Assembly: GCA_013115145.1 (NCBI GenBank)
Contig: JAAPAO010000043.1
Location: forward strand, 43,726-107,725
Length of the DNA stretch: 64,000 nt
Source: Perkinsus chesapeaki ATCC PRA-425
Lineage: Eukaryota > Protista > Perkinsozoa
Direction: 5' to 3'
The notes beneath the pieces are model-generated. The model saw only the letters and a list, made by a program, of their open reading frames with translations. It was not told the origin of the DNA and ran no database searches. Each line of letters starts with the position of its first letter. Within the stretch, counting starts at the first letter, position 1. Shown piece by piece: positions 59,679-64,000 of this stretch. Position numbers and translations under genes: made by a program.

Positions 59679-61830
59679 TCAGACGCTTGCAGCGTGCTGT
59701 TGTGACTTGAGTTCCGCTTCCTCCTCGTCTCGTTGCTTCTGCTGTTGCTCTTGAAGTCTTTGCTGTCGAAGCTTGAACTGCTTCCGCACACCATCTCGAA
59801 CGCTATAGTGGATCTTGAAGCCGTATACACTGAGGAGAGAGTTGAATAATTAGCAAAACTGGAAAGGACTTACGTGGGCTCAAAGGGTAGGGCCAGTGAA
59901 GTGGGCCGAAGATGCGGATATGCCATCAGAAACATATGACAGAAGGAGCTTGCAAAGTAAGCTCCATCGATAACCTCCAACCTGATCAGAGGCTTATTGC
60001 TAATGTACTGTTTCGTCCAGTGTATTCCAGCTTGTAGCAAAGAGCCTTGACTATCGTCTAGACCAGTGGCGCGAATAGACCGAACAGTGTGTCAAATAGC
60101 AAAACGAATATAATTTTTTACATCAGCTTTCACAATATAACACTTCATTTCTTATACAGAAACTGCTTTTTTCTCCCACCGACTCTTTGCAATGAAATTG
60201 AAATTCACCACGGTGAGTCATGATACGTTCGAATATTTCTGCTATATAGTAGATTTGCCTACCTAGAACACCTACCTTGCTGAGCGAGGGAAGTAAACCT
60301 CATTACACCGCGGGCAGTATACCTTTGTACCGCACTGGCCGGGCCGATCATTGCCGTAGGGAAGCACCTAAAACACGCATGATTCCGAATTCTGTGAAAG
60401 CTCTTACCGGTTGCTTTGCCTCTTCACAATCCGCATTAGGGCACAAACCGTATGTGAACGCCGAGTACTTGTCGAGCATTGCTTGCATGCCCCGACTAGT
60501 TAATAAGAATCTGAAGGTGAAATCTACAATGTCTAAAATCTCATGGATGCCTTCTTCAGCTGTTCCCAGCGATTTCATCGTCGAATGTTGGGAGAGACGA
60601 CTTCGAATAATTTTCTCGAAAAAACGGATGCGACCACAGGCTTACGTTTCAACAATAAGACACTAAAAGCTGCACAATTTGAATCCGGAAGTCAAAAGGA
60701 ATAGCTGATGTTAGGGCACCCAGAAGGAATGCACGAGATGCTTCCTTCAGGTCTAGGAATATATTATCCAGCTAAATTCCCATTAAACCTCTGCAACGAG
60801 GATACTGTTACATCCGCGACGGACACATTTATGTGTGAAGGCTAGATGACCCCCTCTCTCTAATGAACCGACGATGGTCGACCATCTTCGCTGACCGTTT
60901 GGTTGTTGAAGCCCTCAAAACTCCTCTTGGATTGATTAATCCAATCCTCACCTTGCATGAATGAGACCATAAAGCATTTGCGCCGCATTCTCGATTGCAT
61001 CTTCCTTTGCGCTGTCCAACTGACCGCTATCCAGCTCCTCATCCTCTACAGCAATGTTAATGAAATAACGGAGAATACGGTATGAAGGCTCACCAGCATC
61101 TAGTATAACATTGAGTGCATGTTCATAATACGGTACGATATCTCGCAGGCCAGTGAGGTTAAAATCATCAAACACGTAATCTTCGTCAACCTCTACAAAG
61201 TATCTGCCACAGCTGAGAGCTCAACGTCGCCATGAGCACTTGTTGAAAAGATACACACTACAGATGTCTGGAATATATAACGTTTTAATAATACTACTAT
61301 CAAGCACATCAGATATGCTATACAATGTGCGCAAATCTTAGTTATCTCCCGCCGTAGAGCGGTACGGGCTGCAAAAATTGGACGGCAAATGTTCTTTTAC
61401 TAGAACCACGCAATGACATATCGATCACCCGTTTCATGAGCCGTTTCATTATTATATTTGGTACAATATCATTTTATTATTATCGACTCCAAATGCACGT
61501 AAAATATTATATCGTACATTACTTTCCGATACTTTTATTTCTGTGGAACTTCATCATAAACATACACAGCGGAGACCTTAAGGTATCCGTCATTTGGCCT
61601 ATTCCAGAGCTCCAATGTGCGATTATGCGCTCCTTCTCAGTGTTGCCAATAACCGCTTACTCATTTCCTTTGCATCGGCAAAACCATTCAATCCAGCTGA
61701 CTCCTTCATCTTCACTCAACCCTAGCGATGCCTGCCAACAACCAACAATACTCCCCCTACAGAGTCTCATTCACATCACCTCATCTGAAAGGCCCTCAGA
61801 ATCGCTCTTAGACAAGCCACCACCTGAACA
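59679..61830 (-). CDS. CSNK2B: Casein kinase II regulatory subunit beta (start uncertain)
   Basis: [14 protein letters not shown]|[17 protein letters not shown]; [12 protein letters not shown]|FLLTSRGM; CPNADC; and the C-terminal VYGFKIH. Confidence 0.95.
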
Positions 61831-62063
61831 AGCATTCTTATGCCGTCCGATAGCGGCTCATTTCGGAGAATGCCGCCGTTCAGCCAATATCTTTCTAAAG
61901 TGCTGATAGCGCTCGAGTAGGATATGGATTGTAAAGTAAAGAGGTGGCTACTAGTTGCTTGAAGCAAGCATCACAGCTGCCCATTTTCTAACCCTCGATT
62001 GTTTCTAAATCGTTAAAGTATAATTGAAATAACGAATATCGTCCTTCAACTAGTGCCTAACCT

Positions 62064-62621
62064 ATGGCTAGCTACAAGAACGGGGAGAAGGCCTCTCTAT
62101 ACAAGGAGGACTCCATCTTACCTCCTGCGTCTCGAAGAGCCATTATTACAGTGAAATCGAGCAACAGGAAGCTACTGCAAAGGAACTCCGCTAAGGCAAG
62201 CAACTCAACTCCACATTTAGGATCAACAGACACATTGTCGGCACAGCAGTTGAAACTAGAATCTCATTTTCTTGCCACAGCGTGCCGTTGCTCGAGCCTT
62301 CGCCGAAAAACTGATATTCTCGCAGTCAAGAAGGATCACCTACGGATGACCACCATACTTCAACGCTTAGCTTCAAACACAGCATTATATGCCGGAGCAC
62401 CAAAGCAAAAGCTGAATTTCGACGGGAACCCGAATTTATTGGCAGACCACACTCGAAGATTCACTATTGGGAGCAGGACTATGAAAACGTATACGTTGAG
62501 CAACGACGAGGAAGCCGGGAATTCGTCAGAAAACTTAGTCAGCCCCCACCCTACGCCACCATGTGATGAGCACCTCAAGTTGAGATTCAAAACTACCGTA
62601 GATTCTGAATGCCCCTATTGA
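62064..62621 (+). CDS. Possible hypothetical ORF (may instead be antisense to the LRR gene 3' region)
   Basis: 185-aa ATG ORF only; no motif. Confidence 0.2.
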   Translation: MASYKNGEKASLYKEDSILPPASRRAIITVKSSNRKLLQRNSAKASNSTPHLGSTDTLSAQQLKLESHFLATACRCSSLRRKTDILAVKKDHLRMTTILQRLASNTALYAGAPKQKLNFDGNPNLLADHTRRFTIGSRTMKTYTLSNDEEAGNSSENLVSPHPTPPCDEHLKLRFKTTVDSECPY

Positions 62622-62699
62622 AGCTTCCTTGCCATTAACGACAAAGATTGAGGAATCCCTGATTAACTCAAGATGCTTTTACTTAGGAGTCGTCCAGTA

Positions 62700-64000
62700 C
62701 GAGCATCACACCGTCAAGAAGGAGCCCCCACTTCACGTTCATCACCCAGATGAATGTGCTAGAATTGATATAGAAATTATGGGGAACCTCACAAGTTCAA
62801 CCAGGAAGGAAGTCGCCGATCGTCAGCTTCCTAGTGCTACTGCCCCATGCCCTCCCACCTTCAGTTTCCCTTTTCGTGCTGCAACTGCATCCGCCAGGAC
62901 TTCTGCAGATATATCACTAAGTGCATGATTAGCGTTTAGATAGAGTGATTCTAGAGTAGTGTTGTCCTCCTTAAGGACCTGATAGAGGATAAATCCAATT
63001 ATATAATTCAACACCATTAATCCAACATCATAATTGTAGATTATCAAAGCCATGTACTAGATATCAAAACTCTAGCTCTAGCATCTAGTTCATAGGGTGC
63101 AGCAGCGCAGAAGGTAAAGGACGACTTTGCAATTCTTCCCCCAGGGATCTATCCCAGGATCCTGCGCATCCCATTCTGGGCTCTTCACTTCAACAACTCG
63201 GGAAATATACAGCGCGATCCCTGCAGCCAGCTAAGCACCTCATTGCTTAGTAAGCCACCCGATCATGCCAGAACTACGCTGCCTCAGTCTTGAGATGGCG
63301 CCCGCCATAGTGGACAGTTTTTACGCACAGTGGACCCCGCTCTCCAACGAGGTTGCCCCAAGTTCTCAACCATTCACTCAATTCTTTATGTAACGAAATG
63401 CTGCACAGAAAAATCATTCAATATTAGTATACAACTTCTCTAGTTAGTCGGGACTAGTAAAATGTAGCAACGACAATGATTGCTATGATTCCTCTTCTTC
63501 TTCCACTGTTCCCTGCCAGCCCACAGTCACACAGCCAATCATAGGAGAGAAAGCAAAAACGCTCGAAAGGTAATCTGTTAATGAATTATTCTCTTCTTAT
63601 CAAATCCATTCCTCCTTCCACTACAACTGCCTGATACAGCAAGCCCCTCCTCAGCCGCAGACCCTCCTTACCTTGGCCAATTTCGCAACTCCTTGATCAG
63701 TGAATTTATTCTTCCTCATCTCCAACAGTCGCAGCTTATTATTAGTCTTCAACGCCTCAGTAATGGACTCTAAAGAAAGTCGCAATCCAAAGGTCCCGGG
63801 TTCGATCCCCGGTAGTGGCACCTAAACCCTCATCGGTCATATTGACTCCAGATATCAGCAAGGTCTCTAACGGATGACCGTTGCCTGCCCGACCAAGAAC
63901 CTGATAGAGGACTCACCAGTGCAAGTGTGTTACTAGTGATACGGAGGAGGAGATATAATAGAAAGGAGTTTGATAGGAAATATGCTACTAGTGATACGGA
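62700..64000 (-). CDS. RNI-like leucine-rich-repeat protein, partial (5' end outside window)
   Basis: Spliced LETLLISGVNMTDEGL|ESITEALKTNNKLRLLEMRKNKFTDQGVAKLAK|VLKEDNTTLESLYLNANHALSDISAEVLADAV. Confidence 0.8.
63779..63821 (+). pseudogene. tRNA 3' half (perfect T-arm) forming most of a 52-nt intron of the minus-strand LRR gene
   Basis: TCCAA-AGGTC-CCGGG-TTCGATC-CCCGG-TAGTGGC-A-C has a 5/5 T-stem, a canonical T-loop, a 7-nt acceptor strand and a discriminator. Confidence 0.8.
63931..64000. repeat. Direct repeat TACTAGTGATACGGA, 55-bp period, running off the window end
   Basis: Copies at 63931-63945 and 63986-64000, inside an LRR intron. Confidence 0.6.

Noticed and set aside
63762-63790. 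Apparent amber-suppressor anticodon arm (ATGGA-CT-CTA-A...TCCAA) upstream of the tRNA T-arm
   Set aside because: There is no D-arm or acceptor 5' strand upstream, and ATGGACT is the antisense of the LRR coding exon (E-S-I), so the pairing is probably coincidental.
63983-63989. GCTACTA could pair with the acceptor strand TAGTGGC, as in a permuted tRNA gene
   Set aside because: It is part of the 55-bp repeat unit and is not followed by a D-arm.

Overview
Intron-dense eukaryotic DNA of roughly 48-50% GC. It has many 40-55 nt GT-AG introns, a minority of 200-700 nt introns, short intergenic gaps and co-oriented gene blocks. Gene content and style suggest an alveolate protist, most likely Perkinsus (inference). 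Gene models were assembled by hand from the ORF track and visible splice sites, so some ends are approximate. Recognisable genes: dephospho-CoA kinase, a RING-H2 protein, a GT34-like glycosyltransferase, 40S protein eS1/S3a, three RRM RNA-binding proteins (RS/RRM, CELF-like RRM-RRM-WW-RRM, SRSF1-like), a plant/trypanosomatid-type polyamine/amino-acid permease, an S28 peptidase, an FkbM methyltransferase, a CYTH/thiamine-triphosphatase-like protein, BCS1, an astacin with a ShK-like module, a free-standing AlaX editing protein, HIBADH, a mitochondrial 2Fe-2S ferredoxin, CK2 beta, an RNI-like LRR protein, and several secreted or coiled-coil hypothetical proteins. Two observations stand out. (1) Four introns consist largely of tRNA-derived sequence (9.8, 53.8, 56.1 and 63.8 kb). 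Two of them share an identical 18-mer and have 4-5 nt junction repeats that supply a splice site, which suggests intron gain by tRNA capture. (2) A decayed DD37E Tc1-like transposon sits inside an intron of the CELF-like gene, and its transposase carries two host-style spliceosomal introns. Regions 14.7-16.0, 41-43, 45.5-46.7, 51.3-52.4 and 57.4-58.0 kb could not be resolved.
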